A stretch of DNA of 64,000 nucleotides from Daphnia carinata (taxonomy: Eukaryota), in assembly GCF_022539665.2 (NCBI RefSeq), contig NC_081331.1, positions 6,138,001 to 6,202,000 on the forward strand, given 5' to 3'. Each line of letters begins with the position of its first letter. Within the stretch, counting starts at the first letter, position 1. The position numbers and the translations under genes were made by a program. The notes under the pieces were generated by a model. That model was not told the DNA's origin. It was given only the letters and a program-made list of their open reading frames with translations, and searched no databases. This document shows positions 40,027-53,715 of this stretch, piece after piece.

Positions 40027-43000
40027 TTAACACTTGGAGCCTTTGGGTAGGTGCCGCTTCATGTGCAAGGCGAGGTGATCGGATCGGGCGAAACAACGTT
40101 CGCAGACCTTGCAGCGGAAAGGTTTGGCGCCCGTATGTTTCCGATAGTGACGGGTCAACTCGTCGGAACGGGCGAAACGCCATTGACACTCGGGCCAGTG
40201 GCAGCGGTAAGGTTTCTCACCTGTCTGAAACATCAAAATAAAAAAAAAAAAAAAAAAAAAAAAACAAATTGAAAATGAAAACGATGACAAGAAAAACGAG
40301 GCTACTGAATTTTTTAAGATGTCCATTTTGTTTTTTTGTTTTGTTTTTTTGTTTTTATGTGTGGTGAATATTCGTTATTGGATGGCATTCACGCTATCGT
40401 GATAATGATGTCAAAATGCAAGAAACGAGTGAAGGCGGGAATTCGTAAAAAGAAGTGAAGAAAAAAAAAGAAAAGAGAAAACGAGTTAAGAATAAAGAAA
40501 AAGAATGGAAAATGAATCGAGTTTTTTTTTTCCCATTTTCGGTTGGGTTTTGATCGATAGCCATTATTGCCATATCTCCTTCGGTATGGCCCATTAGCAT
40601 ACGCGAAGGCCGTGGCTGTAGTCGACGTTCTAAATATACACGGCAGAGGAGAAACACACAAAGCTTTATATCCAAAGAATGCGTGCGTCTTTCCACATCT
40701 ATCTGTCTTTTTCTATCTACAACGTGTGTAATGCAATTCAACAGCTGGTCATCAAAAAAAAAAAAAAATGTACAAGAAGAGAAGATTGGAAAAAAAAAAA
40801 AAAAAAAAAAAAAGAAAAAGAAAACCAACCTGTGTGAATCCTCTGGTGGGCTTTCAGGTGTGAGCTCTTCGTGTAGACTTTGGTGCATCCGGGGAAATCA
40901 CAATGGTGGATCCTTCGTTTCTCCAGTTCGGGATTATTGCGTCGATTATATTTAACTAATTCAAATAACAAAATAATTCAATCAAATGTTGTTCTGAATT
41001 TGAATAAACACAACACACGCACACACACACAGAGCGAAAAAGCTGAAAAACAAAAGACAATCGTGTTTTTACTTGTGGGCGGTTTGTCGGTGTCTTGTGT
41101 TGAACTGGTGGATGACGTCGACGAAGAGGACGAACAAGATGATGATGATGACGAAGACGATGACGGCTGTTTAGTCCGAGGGCCGAGCAGAGTGGAGTAA
41201 GGCGGCGGAGGAGGTTTGTTTCTCTGCGGAGAGTCTTGACTGGGCGAGCCGGGATCGGAGCTGGGCGGCGTGGGCGGCAGAAACCCGTTGGAATAGTTGA
41301 ACCGCTGGATGCAATGATGATTGAGGGCCGCTTTACTAACAGCCGCCAGCGAAGACGACGATGACGTGGGTGCCATCATCGTCGCCGGGTGTTGATGCTG
41401 GACGTGGTGAAACGAAGACGCAGAGGAATCGCTTCGTCCGCTGGCGTGGCGGCCGTGCTGGACGAAATTATTCTCCGACGGATGGTCGTCCCTCGGCTCG
41501 ATTTTCACCGGCGACAGCGTTGCCTGTTTGCCGTTGGCCGCTGGTTGTTGTCCCAGTTCGAGCATCTCCGCGTTGTCCGGATCGATTTTACTGAGACTCG
41601 TCGTGATGTCGTCCCAGTCACGACTTTCGGCCAGCGAAGAGAACCTTTCGGCCAGGCCCATCAGCAAACCTCGTCCGCCATCATCGACGGCCTCTTCGAA
41701 GAACTCGTCGATCTGAGAGGCGCTCTCGCGACGCGCTTTCAACGCTGGATCCATCAGCCCCAACACGGCGTCTTCGTCGGCCGTGGACGCGGCCACGGCC
41801 GCGTTGGCCGGCGTGGCCGCCGCCTGATGCTGTAAATCGACTTGTTGCTGCGGCCAATCTAATTTGCTGAGGAGGTAGGCGTCCAGATCGCATCCCTGAT
41901 TTCAATCGGAAAAGACAATGTCATGTTCACTGTTTGTCAATTAAAGGAAAACTGAGGGAGGATATTCAATTCATTATCAGCTTTAAATAATCACGTGATG
42001 CCCTCCTCTTTCACGCCCTCCAATCCCACACACCCTCCCGGAAAAGAGTCTTGAATGGATTACCCCCAAAAGCAATTCATGGGAAATCTATTCTTCACTG
42101 ATGGCCCGTTTTCTTCTCCCCTCCCCCCCCCCTCCTCACACGTCCGTCTTCACTCACTTAGAAAACGATTTTTTTGTTTGGGGAATGGTTCGTCTCATAG
42201 CCGCCCATCGTGGACGGACGCAGAAAAATGACAGGGTCACACAGACAGGAGAGAACAAAAAAAAAAAAAAGAAGAAGAAGAAGAAGAAGAGGATCGCTAT
42301 TGCAACAAGTCGTTTCAATTACCATACAATGTTCAGCGTTACACAAAGTCTGCGTATATACATAAGCTATATCGACTTTCAATGAGGCGTTGTGACTGTT
42401 GCTGACATCATCGTTTTCAAACACTCGAGAGCCTACGGATCGTGACCCCGACAGTTGGGGGTACACCCTCCTCGTTTCCATCGCCTCCTTTTTACCCTCC
42501 CCTTCTCATACAAGCAGCACTGATTGAGGCTTTATTACCGCAAATAGGATGGAACTAAACGTGATAATGAATTTGGTGTTGATTGACTGGCGTTAGAAGA
42601 AACGTCAAGAACGGTCGGAAACCACCTGACACGGTCTCACCTCTTACGCCCCAAATTCAAATTGTTTTGGCTGGACAAGCCGAAATTTAGGTTGCAATCA
42701 ATTTCGCAATATCTGTGAAAATATTGCAGTTGAATTTCTTCATGCCAAAAAATGAATGGGTGAAATGATGGCTGCAGGGTCAAAACCAATAATCCCCATA
42801 TTCAAACTGTTGCTTTAATTACGGTGATAGGAAAGCCAAGACTTGGTTTCTTCTGTCCGGCTATTTTATTTTGGGGCCCGTTCTCTATATCTCTACCGTG
42901 TGTGTGTGTGTGTGTGCATATCGTGCGTTGTTTATTGGTGGCGGTGTTCATGGGGGAGTTCGGGAGAGAGGGAGAGCGTGAGTCGATAAAAGAGCAATAT

Positions 43001-43603
43001 AACCCGAGGGTACATAAGCAACAGACGGGCATCGCTACGTAGTTTTCCGAGTTTCACGTTTCATCTAGTCATACGAGAGCGGCCATCTTGTCCTCGGCAT
43101 TATATTTGATTTTTTTTTTTTTTTTTTTTTTTTTTGCTTTTGCGTCCCTTCTCTTTCTTTCTCTGCGAGTCGCAATGCCGCGCTCTCTCTTTCTCTCGTT
43201 CAATTTCACCCAACATTTTTCTTATTTCCTTTTTGTAAATAAATTTTCATTTTTTTTTTCTTCCCTCTGATTTTTCGTACGTAATCCCCCCCCCCCCCCC
43301 TCAAAAAAAAAAGGGCAGACACATTCCTCTGTGTCTTTGTCTTTCTTCTTCTAGATTCCTTCGCTTTTACCTGTGGCTATTCCGCGAACGAGCGGGGCAG
43401 CAATAGGACAGTGCCACTCATTTTTCAAAGTAAATCGATACGAAAAAAAAACAAAACAAGGAATAAAAGCGAAACGCATTGTTCTCAAATAGGAAAAGGC
43501 CAATATTCATGGTAATTGGCTGATTTTGACGGCTAATCTTTCTTATCGCTCCGGATATAAATCTAATTTCGATACAGGACAACAACACTCACAATGTTTC
43601 AAG

Positions 43604-43641
<38 letters not shown>

Positions 43642-44087
43642 GAAGGGTTGCATTCTTTATAATTGCCTTCGTCATTGTTTTGACTCGCTTTTTCGGTGAA
43701 AAATGTTTGATTTATTTACTTTAATCTCCCAGACCCCAATAACAAAAAAAAAAAATTGAGACAATAGCAGAGTGCAATTTTTGAAAAATGGGTCTTTTGC
43801 TGCCCTGGAAAATGAGACCCAAACAAGAAAATCTTATTTTTATACAACCTGTAATATGCCGTTCTAAAAATGGAGTATGCGAAATGCGTTTGCTTTTCCC
43901 TATATTAGTTTTTCCTTTTCGGTCTAACTTCTTCAGTTTTTTTTTTTTTTAATACACGGATACTGGACAATACGAAGGCCGAATAAAGAGTTCTTGAGCC
44001 GCCTCCTGTTTTGATTTGTTTGGGAACTACTGGTAACAACAAACAACAACAACCGCGTTTTTCTTCACTTTGGATGGCACGTCAAGC

Positions 44088-44122
<35 letters not shown>

Positions 44123-45569
44123 ATAGGCAATGTTTACGAGATGTTCCCTTTTTTTTATTTTGAAGCCAAAGAGTTTGTCGTGTCATAACATTTCACAGGT
44201 CCAGAAGAACGAAAAAAGGAATACAAGAGCAAACAGGGCGGCCCGTCATCGTCGACAAAATGTCTACACAACGCACTTGAGCGAGACATTACGCACGCCC
44301 GCACATGCTCGCACATGGAGTTCGGACATTCGATCAGCCCCCCCCCCCCTTTCCTAATCCCGTTTCGGACTGAGATTTTTTTTTTTTTTTCATTTTTATT
44401 TTTCCGAAATAAACATAACAAATATAACGGACGTGTTTTTTCTTTTCAGCTGGCACAATTTTCATCGTGCAATATCGACGTAATCTCTGTAGGGTAGGAT
44501 TGCCGCAGCCACGGTGCAGCTTTATGCGTTTCACGCAATATTGCACGCACGGTCGGAAAGAGCGAGAAATGCCAGATAAGAACAAAAAAAAAAAAGTGTG
44601 TTCCTGCTCCTCTTAGTACTTGTTACATTATGCGTCCCTATATGTGTAGTTTTTTTTTCTTTATCGTCAGGTCCAACAGGGGGCGAGCGAACTTTGAGTC
44701 CAAAGACGGGCAATCGTCGTAAATTTTCACGAGTAAACCCCTCGGAAAGAACGAGATGAATAAATAAAAAAGAAAAAAAAATAGTAAACACACGCACAGA
44801 GTCAAGGAAGGAAGAAAAAAAAAAAAGAACGAAAGAAAGAAAGAAATGTTATCAGTCAGACGCACAGCGCCGTTTCGAATTCATCTTGGCGATATGAACT
44901 TCTATAAATAGAATCAACGTCATTTTTTAATTAGGAAATTTTTTTTTTATTTTGTTTTTATTTGCCCGTCAATCGGGCCACACATGTGGAGCTCTCAACT
45001 GGTTTTTTTTGTTTTCGTTGTTCCAGTCGAGAGAAAACACGGCATTGACCATTAACCAGCCTAACCTACTTTAACCTCCCCAGTCTACTATGTAGTAACA
45101 GAAAAAAAGAGAAAGAAATGAGAGTCAGAAAAATGAATGGGAATTTAAAAACAAAACCGGCTCGATGAATGGAACGCAGTCATTGATAATTTTTTGGAAA
45201 GAGACTAACCTCTTGGAGACTCAGGTGGACGGCGGTGGTGAGGAAACCGTGAGAACAGCTGCTGTCGTTGGACGCGACGCCGTTGACCCACGGTTCGTTC
45301 ATCGGCGACAAGTCCAACTTTGGCGCCACGGAACAGTCGGGCACGATTTGGTCCTCTTGCTCGTCGGAGAACACGTCGTTCATGCCGCCCAAACTGTTGC
45401 CGCTGCTGGCCGCGTTCATCATCATGTGGCCGCCATTGGCACCCACTCCGCCGATGGGACTGTTCAACATGCTGTTCATGTTGTTGTTGTGGTGGGGGTG
45501 ATTCAACTTGTTGCTCGACGCGAAGAAGAGCGACGTCGGACGTTGGAACACGTTGTCATAAGCCGACAT
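40027..45569 (-). CDS. KLF5: Kruppel-like factor, KLF5/dar1-like, three C2H2 fingers; 4 exons: 45569-45210, 41895-41073, 40955-40830, 40220-40027
   Basis: [98 protein letters not shown] matches the KLF5 pre-finger and finger signature. [13 protein letters not shown] and PPPY motifs lie upstream. Confidence 0.92.
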
Positions 45570-45797
45570 GTTTTGTTTTTTTAGAAGAAGAAGAAGAAGA
45601 AAAGCAATAAATGGAACAACACTTGAGCAGGTCCAGATTCTTCGTGAAACTTGTATAAATTGGAGAAGATCACCACTGTGAATTCTTTGTTACACTGTTG
45701 GGTAGGAAGAATTCCGGTAGAACATTATCATCCCGTTGGGCTTTCGAAATGAAGGGAACTATAAGACGGACGTTGTATCGTGACGGGCGGCAGACTT

Positions 45798-45846
45798 CAA
45801 ACTAAGCGCCACTTGTATGCCGCGTCCGCCTTTTGCTGCCTCAAAG

Positions 45847-45890
<44 letters not shown>
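45798..45890 (-). promoter_or_regulatory. Candidate KLF promoter: (GA)n tract plus Inr-like TTAGTT
   Basis: (CT)n on + at ~45851-45888 (GAGA-factor-type tract) lies ~50 bp upstream of TTAGTT (45805-45800, -) and ~230 bp upstream of the ATG. Confidence 0.35.
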
Positions 45891-45891
<1 letters not shown>

Positions 45892-46091
45892 ATCTCTCAT
45901 CTCTCCTCCCACCGGGGCTCGGACTCTTTTTACACTTGTGTGTACACCTCCTCTTGCTGTCCTTGGCTTCTACGTCTCAGACTCTTAGCGTGCAGACTCC
46001 CCCCCTTTCAGATGAGGCCATCACCGATACACATGTATGTTTCTTATATAGACAATAAATAGATAGATTTATACTGTAAATATAGGCAACA

Positions 46092-46127
<36 letters not shown>

Positions 46128-49100
46128 CAGAGAGAAGAGACTTTCTACTCATTGATTATTCTCGCGATAAACGAAGAGAATTACCGGCCCATCTCACCTC
46201 TAATAATCCTTTCGGCTTATCCGCTTTCAGCCTTTTCTATTTCTTTATTTTATTTTATTTTATTATTTGGCGTTGTGTTGTCATTTGACGGTGATCGTTA
46301 AAAGCGGCCTTTGATCGCTTGTATGTATACACGATGATGAGCCGTGCAGAGGACAAGTCACATCTCCGCAGCTAGAAAAGCATCTTTTCTTTTTTCTTTT
46401 TGTTTTTTGCCCACTTTCTGACAGTTTCATTCGTCTCCATTGGGCAAAATAAAAGGGGAAAAACATCCATTTACAAAACGTTTTTCAAACCATCACGTCT
46501 GTCTATCGGAGGGACGACCCCAAACACTTTGCCTAAATCGATCTTTTGTGGTAGATAGTAGCGGGGTTAGTTTATTATTATTATTATTTGTTTTTTTTTT
46601 GTTTTTTGTTTTTTTTTAAGGGAAGGCGGGAGTAGGCAAAAGGCTATACGTACGTGTTTGAATCAGCTTGGAAGACTATTGGTCTCGGCCTAGTTTATCC
46701 ATTAGGAAGACCCACCAACGGGGGTAATAAAACTGCAACCCATTTCTTTCTTTTCCAAATGTGAAGGATAAACAAATCGTGAGTATAGTTTGTCTATCTC
46801 CCCTCTTTTTTCCTCGCCCACCCCTATGGGCATAGAGTTTCTTAACTGCGTGACGATGGCATTGAAACACAAGACGATTGCGTTTCCGTTCATAAAAAAA
46901 AAAAAAAAAAATCAAACGCGCATCGACCGAAATGGAAAAAAAGAACATATGGGCGAACGATACGTTTTGAATAAGAACGCACGCAAGATCGTGCAGAAGC
47001 CAATATGGACTTTACGGGAAAAAAAAAATGCATTTGTTTTCTTTTCTGATTTTAGCAAGGAGCAAAATGATGTGCAGTGTCTAGCAAGCCCGGCTCTTTC
47101 GTAGGTTTGCAGGGCGGAACGGCGCAACGTCTCAGTTGAGATGCTGGATCCTCCTCGAGAGTTGGCGTGTGTCCGCGTACTGCGCCCCTCAGCACTATTT
47201 AGGCTTATCTCTAGCGCGTTCATGAATGGGGGAGGCCCTTTTTGGGTTCCGATAAGAAAATGAAGAAGGGAAGGAAAAAAAAAAAAGACGTCCATTGGCG
47301 CCAAACAGTCAACATTTTCTTGTGTCGTGCGGCTAGGAAAACATTAACCGCCGTGATAAAAACAAAACAAAAAAGAAACGTATCTCCCTCTCTTTCTCTT
47401 TCTGCAGTTCACTTCGCTTACTCTTGGCAAAGTGAAGGTGGACAAATACCTTGCTTGTTCCTTATCTTGCCACTACTTTCTTTCGTCTTGGACAAGCTTT
47501 CGTCATTGTTAACGGGAAAAAAAACGTAAGCCTTCTCAACTCTTAAAAATCTTTATTTTTTTTGTTTTTGTTTTTTCTTCTAACTGCTCTTTTCCCTCCG
47601 GAAAAGCCAGTGACCCTTCTCCCCACAAAAGCTGACCGAGTTTTTATCGCCTAGAAGATGATCGGCTCAGATAACCTCACAACGGTGACCCCCCATCTCT
47701 GAGAAACAGATTATTTGGCAATCAACATTGGTTATTATTTTTGTTTTTTCCGAGAGAATATGCGTCGTTGCTCAGTGCTTTCGGCTTGAAAATATGAAAA
47801 TATGCCCCGCGCTGTATTTCTATGGAACGAATTTCTTAATTTCCCGATAAGAATTCTGTCGATACTCAAACGAACACCATTAGTACGGTTTTTCCCCGTT
47901 GAATGATGACTGTGCTTAATCATAGATGGCATGCACGGCGTTCGTGATTCAGAACTCATTTGGTTAGGAGGTCATTGTGGTATCGTTTTTCATGTAGTTG
48001 CGTTCGAATTGATATTGTCACGTGGTCGATAGGGATTGTCGCGTTTTCAACTTTTCAGTTTCGAGAATAAGGGAGGACAAAGGAGCGGCAGACCGACTGA
48101 ACGTGTAGCTGTTTGTTTTTATGTAGACTCTAGATGGCTCACCCTGAGAGAATCGGTAACAGAGGCCGTGCTTCCTTTCGCAGACGTTGTTCTTGTTTTA
48201 TTAGAAATATTTACGTATTGTTCGGCCAATATCTTCGTGTAGTAAGCAGGGTCTGGGGTAATCGGGGCTCAGCCTTAATTCATGGGTGCTCGTAAATGTT
48301 CGTCCAATTTTTTTCAAAAATAAAGTGACGTGCAGCTGAACGCAAAATGGTACTGTTCTTCAGCAGATAATGGTAATGTCCAAAGTAACGTTTTCACCTT
48401 ATAGAGAAACCTGGTTAGGAACCTGGAAGCACAAGAAGCCATTATGGTGTCCTGAAGACTTTCATTGACACTAGATGGAAGCATAGTAAATGCTGTTTAA
48501 ACTAAAGTGTTTGACTGATTCTCGTGGTGTCATTCGAAAACGAAGCTTTGCCTCGTTGTTTCACAAAATGGAAAAACTTACAACGTATTAAAATCGGCAT
48601 TCGTGACGCTGATCGTCATGTTCTCCTAAGTATCAACTACTTCTTAAGTTGAAGGGATTGGAAGACACTTTTTTTTCACTATTGTTGTGATGTAAAACAA
48701 CTCGCATATACCAGAATTTTTTTGAACATAATTTCTGAAGTGGCGTCAGACTGGCAACATTCTACCACTAGCCACCACAGTTTTGTTTGCTTTGCATAGT
48801 ACTAAGCTTTTTTACTACCAAAAATTCCCAGTCTCCTTACACTGCATAGGTTTTTCAATATCAGCTAAGCAATTCCGCTTGGTGAAGATTTCATTCTCTC
48901 AATTCGAGTGATTACCTAAAATTGCATGATGTCTGATGGTCATCTTTTATTTTAGTTGATTCCACATACCTGATGTTGTATGCCTTTTAAGTCTTTTGTG
49001 TGGAACCCGTGTATCCACCACAGCCAGCTAACTAAAATTTCAAATCAAACAAGTTACAAATTGGTAAGTGGGTATAACTATTTATTAGATTCGGTATTTG

Positions 49101-51333
49101 TAGTTATGAAATATTGTTTGACAGGAAGGACAAGATTGAAATCAACTGCAAGTGTATGGCATGTCCTTTACCATGTTGTTTGCAATTTGGATATCAGGAA
49201 AAAGTTGCATCTAATAGTTAGAAAGGTAAATTTAGAATTTTTTATGCATTATCATAGTTTTTAAATTTGGTAAAAAGGTAAGTTCATCATTATCTAGACA
49301 GTAGAAGCTGTAGGTGTAAGCCACCTACTTGTATACAACTTGGAAACAATTTTTAGCTCAGTTGCTCAATATATGAATTATTAATGTTTTTTAGCTTAGC
49401 ATGCCCAGCATTTGTGCTATTTGTTTAGTGAAGGTAAATTTTATGAAGGGAAAACATATGCTTTGGGATAAGCAAAACCTGCTTTTCTTGTCGCTCTGTA
49501 GTTGGTGTGGTTTGAGAATCATTGCGTCGCTTGAATTCGTCGAGGTTTTATGCGGTTTGTAATCATTATTGAAATGACAATTTGGAAATCAACGCCGAAA
49601 TATCTATGGCATGACAAATACCTTTATTGAAAAATATTTCGCTAATTCAATAGTTTTTTAAGAACGTGATATAAGATGTTTTAAGGAGTAACCATCTGTT
49701 TTTGGTGCTTAGGAGTGTGGCAAACTTCTGATACTTCGAACAAAGTTATAACCTACCAAATTTTCCTTCATTAGAATTGTAGGCAAAGAACAGAAAGCAG
49801 GAAGAGATGCTGACATTCCGTAGAAAGCTACTCACTAATCACACCTGTTTGTCAATAACACAACCGTATCAATGGTCTGCCGTGAGGCAATGTTTGGCGA
49901 TGATGACTTACTGGGGGTCTTTCAAGGAAAAATTCTTGACCTGTATTCCTGATCGCACAAGCAGATGATTTTCTACATGAGTAGATACATGGGACATGTC
50001 AAGTTGGTTATGATTCTCTTGATTTCTCAACGTTCACGTTCGGTGTTGTGTTTAGTGTTCAGTGCGAAATGGTTTCAGTCGGAAAACTTAATTTCTTTTC
50101 GGCTTACGGAAAATGGTGATTCATCTAGTAGCTAATCAGATTTTATGTTCAAGCAGATTTCACAGAAATATCATAGCTCCAATCATGTTTTAAAATTAGA
50201 AAATGGTTTAGCCACACTGGAACTGGACACTACCACACTTATAGTTGTGACAGAACTGCCTCAGGAACAGCGTTTGACAAATCACTTCTAAATGATTTAA
50301 TTTAAAGCGAACTTAACGCTTTTTCAAAACTAGTCGTTTCATGTCCTAGCAGGAGTCCAGTAAAATGTCATGTGTACCGGTTTTATGTAAGTACTATAAG
50401 CAAAAATTGCTTACACCGATTTATGTATAGTCTTTATAAAGGTTTATTATCCCAATATTGTGGAATTACACTGAAAATTCGTGAACTTCGAACAATTCAA
50501 ATATGCAACTATACGCACGAACTCTATAAGAGCATCGCGAATTGTTACAGGAACATTTGTTATCGTTTCGTTTTATCCCATTTCGTTCAACCGTTTTTTT
50601 TTTGTCTTAACAATCTGGGCTACACTTGCATTTGTAACAGCGTGTTGCAAGTACGTTAAATCATCGGTGATTTAAGAAAACCTTTAATAGAATTAACTGA
50701 CGTTTTTTATAGTGCATGTAAAATACTCCGCCTATTCAACGATAGTGTTTTGGAAAGTACGTTGTATTGAACAAGTATATACAAGAACAATTATACTAAA
50801 ATTGCTTTAGTTTCATTAATGGAATGAAGTTAAATTGATAGGTAACTGGGACAGATTCCAGTTGCATTGCATCATGATTGCATGATAAGTTCTGGGGTCG
50901 CCATGTGCTGACATCTGCGAGACAAGTCAACAACTGAACAATTCCATTGCTATGTCAGCTGTCTTATTTCGTCTGGCTTCGACCAAGAATAAAATAGAAT
51001 ACTACCATTGTGCCATAGTTCTATACTATCATAGAGTAGTAGCATAACTCGAGGCCGCCCGGTGTTCGCAAAGTTGCTGATAACCTCGGAGAATGGAAAA
51101 ATAACACGGTATAATTAAAAAATGAAACGCTGATTTCGATTAAGTTATTGGTTCTCTCGGTAAACCAAACGTTTTAAAAACAACAAGTTTAGTTCAACTT
51201 TGTAAAAATAATGGAAAAATAAACTTTATTTCCATGATTTTCGTTCAATCCTAAATTGAGATTATGTACCTATAAATTTTTTAAAACTCCATTTCAAGTT
51301 AACGTCATCTAGCGACGACTAAAAACACTCGAC

Positions 51334-51467
51334 TATGGCAATCCGATTTTTACCCCCCAAAAAAAAAAATATCGGCCTTTTTTTCTATTTCACTGCTATC
51401 GCCATCTAACGGTGGATAGCAGTAAAACAGAAAGTAAGGCCGATATTTTTTTTTTGGGGGGGGGGTA
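51334..51467. mobile_element. MITE-like inverted-repeat element with a central CTCF-like motif
   Basis: taccccccaaaa..tatcggcctt..ttctatttcactgctatc pairs with gatagcagtaaaacagaa..aaggccgatatttt..ggggggta, around gccatctaacgg. Confidence 0.7.
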
Positions 51468-53289
51468 TCTAGTCTTAGATGATCTATACCTCATCCTGTG
51501 TTCTAAAGTGATATGCTTTCACAGCTACATTTCTGTGTTCTTTTCCGTTATTAAGATCTATTCTGATTCTCCTGATATCCATCTTAACAGGTTTCTATTT
51601 GCTTTTCAACATCCATTTCATAGTGGTACATGTGGCTTTGATTAATATTACCATAAAGACTGCCGAAAATGGGTGTGGTACCTGGTACGAAAACCCAGAA
51701 ATGGCATGAGTTCAACATCAAACATGGATTAGGTACTTTTTGGTTTTTTGTCTATCGAAAAAGTATTTTTAATGCTATTATTTTGCATTCACAGAATTTT
51801 AGCGGGGATCAAGTCAAGTCTGGAAGTGTTACAGGATGGAAGAGTGAGCCTACAGTTGAAAAAACACTGAGAGTGCATTACCATTAAGGTATGAGGTAAA
51901 GTAATAGAGTATGCACATTGTCTAATGAGAGGTACCATCTTGTGTAAATGAATCTTGTATAACAGCAATCCTTTATAGTTCTGTCACAGTTAGAAGCCTC
52001 AAATAATTCTGCTTCTCTTGCTAAAGAACAACTTGCCCTTTACGTTCAGAGTGTTGGTGAAGCTGGGTACTTAAATGGCCCTAAAGATGTTTCACTTTGC
52101 TGGCATTGCAGTAGTGAACATCATACATGGACTCTTTAGGTATGAACGGAATTTTCTTGAAAAAATTTTGAATTTATGACGAAGCATTTCTCCTCCTTTT
52201 TGCCAACCATGTCTAATCTACAAAAAAAAAATTTATCCAATAGGAAAGGATTTTCAGCATACTGGGAACACACCTATCAACAATGCAACATTCCACGGGT
52301 GCTATTTTATCATTCAAGAGCCTTATACAATGATTTTCATCTGCAATTTGTATGGCCTTTCCCAAGCTTCTGCCAGAAGTTGAATCTATGAGTCATGTAA
52401 GTCACATGAGCAACAATTAAGATGGTTAATGGTGTTGTTTTTCTTTTCTCAGTATAGGTTAGTAGTAACATTGGATCTGAAAAGATTCTTGGTTGGGGCA
52501 AGACACGGAATAAATTGTAATGATTGGAGGGATGACATGACGTTTCTATACTTCATTCGGATTCCCGAGACGGTATTTTATATTTAAAAAATTGAAGTGC
52601 ATATCTGGGCTCCCTTCCTTTCCGTAGCCCCGTTTCCCCTTGACTCGTAATAAGCCCGTAGGGGGTCATGCCCCTACTGTACGGTATATATAAAAATAAC
52701 ATATACCGAGGTTTGGAGGGCTCTGGCCGGAAAGGGGACGTGGGGTGCCGCTTCGTCCGATGATGTGTTCACGGAGGGTGACGTGGCTGCCCACAAATCC
52801 GAACTAAAGGTTAATCGCTCCTGTAAAAATGTTCCAAATCTTCAGCTCTTCTTCCGGCTTCTCTTAGCCAATCACCGGGTAATCTCCCCGGTGGGTCAAC
52901 AAGGCAGTGTCTCCCCCTGCCTGGGTTGACGGCAACTTTTGAAAGGGCTATTGTGCCTTTTTAAAGTTGCAAAAATAATTGTAATGTGCAGAGAATTGTC
53001 AATAAAATTTTTTAATAAAATATTTTTTGCAAAATTCGTTTCTTTCATTGTCTGTTTTCGCTGTGTTTACACATTACATTTATCAACTTTTTTTTAACGT
53101 TTAGCTTGTTCATTTTATATTTATTGTTTTTGCCACCGTGAGGTATGCATTATTCCCATAGGTTTATCGTTTATCTGTAAGTATTCAATTATTATTTATT
53201 ACACTTTTTGAATTCTTCAACTTAGATTAAAGGAAGAACGTGTAATACCTCGATATTTTCTGAAGTAATTTTATATTTGTATTTTATTT

Positions 53290-53360
53290 TACTCGTAGTG
53301 GAACCGATCCCCAGACATTCAGCGTGCAACGCCGATGCTCTAACATTGAGCCACGAGATA
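53290..53360 (-). pseudogene. tRNA-like unit 1 (TGC anticodon, Ala-like) inside the palindrome
   Basis: Minus strand: TG GCTC AATGTTA GAGC A TCGGC GTTGCAC GCTGA ATGTC TGGGGATCGGTTCC. D stem and anticodon arm are intact; the T loop is degenerate. Confidence 0.6.
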
Positions 53361-53456
53361 TATCTAAATATTTTATTACCGCATATCATATGTTATCGTC
53401 TAGGATGTTTACGCAGTCTTTCAGAACTATATGTTTATCTGTCTTTAGCTTTCATA

Positions 53457-53528
53457 ATGTGCATAGCTCTGCGGTAGAGCCTTTAGCTGCGATGTATGTT
53501 ACCTACGGTTCAAACCTCAGTAGATGCA
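53457..53528 (+). pseudogene. tRNA-like unit 2 (resembles tRNA-Cys) inside the palindrome
   Basis: TAGCTCTGCGGTAGAGC (A box and D arm) ... GGTTCAAACC (B box); other stems are decayed. Confidence 0.55.
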
Positions 53529-53643
53529 TAAAAATGAAGCAGAATAAATGTAGGAAAAAATATTGCAGTATTGCATTTCAGTTTTCTTCTAAGTGTAAAT
53601 GCAAGTCCGCAAGTGACTAGAAAAAAGCCAACTCGACATTATA

Positions 53644-53715
53644 TGATTCATGGCTCATTGGTAGAGCATCGCCGCGGTATGCCGAACATCTAGGGTTCGA
53701 TCCCTGGATAATAAA
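53644..53715 (+). pseudogene. tRNA-like unit 3 with consensus Pol III A and B boxes inside the palindrome
   Basis: TGGCTCATTGGTAGAGCATCGCCGCGGTATGCCGAACATCTAGGGTTCGATCCCTGG; it aligns with unit 1 in inverted orientation. Confidence 0.65.

Noticed and set aside
41361..45610. Plus-strand ORFs 41389..41835, 45165..45584 and 45320..45610
   Set aside because: Antisense shadows of KLF exons
53290..53715. Functional tRNA genes
   Set aside because: Acceptor stems and T or anticodon stems are broken, so they are reported only as tRNA-like units
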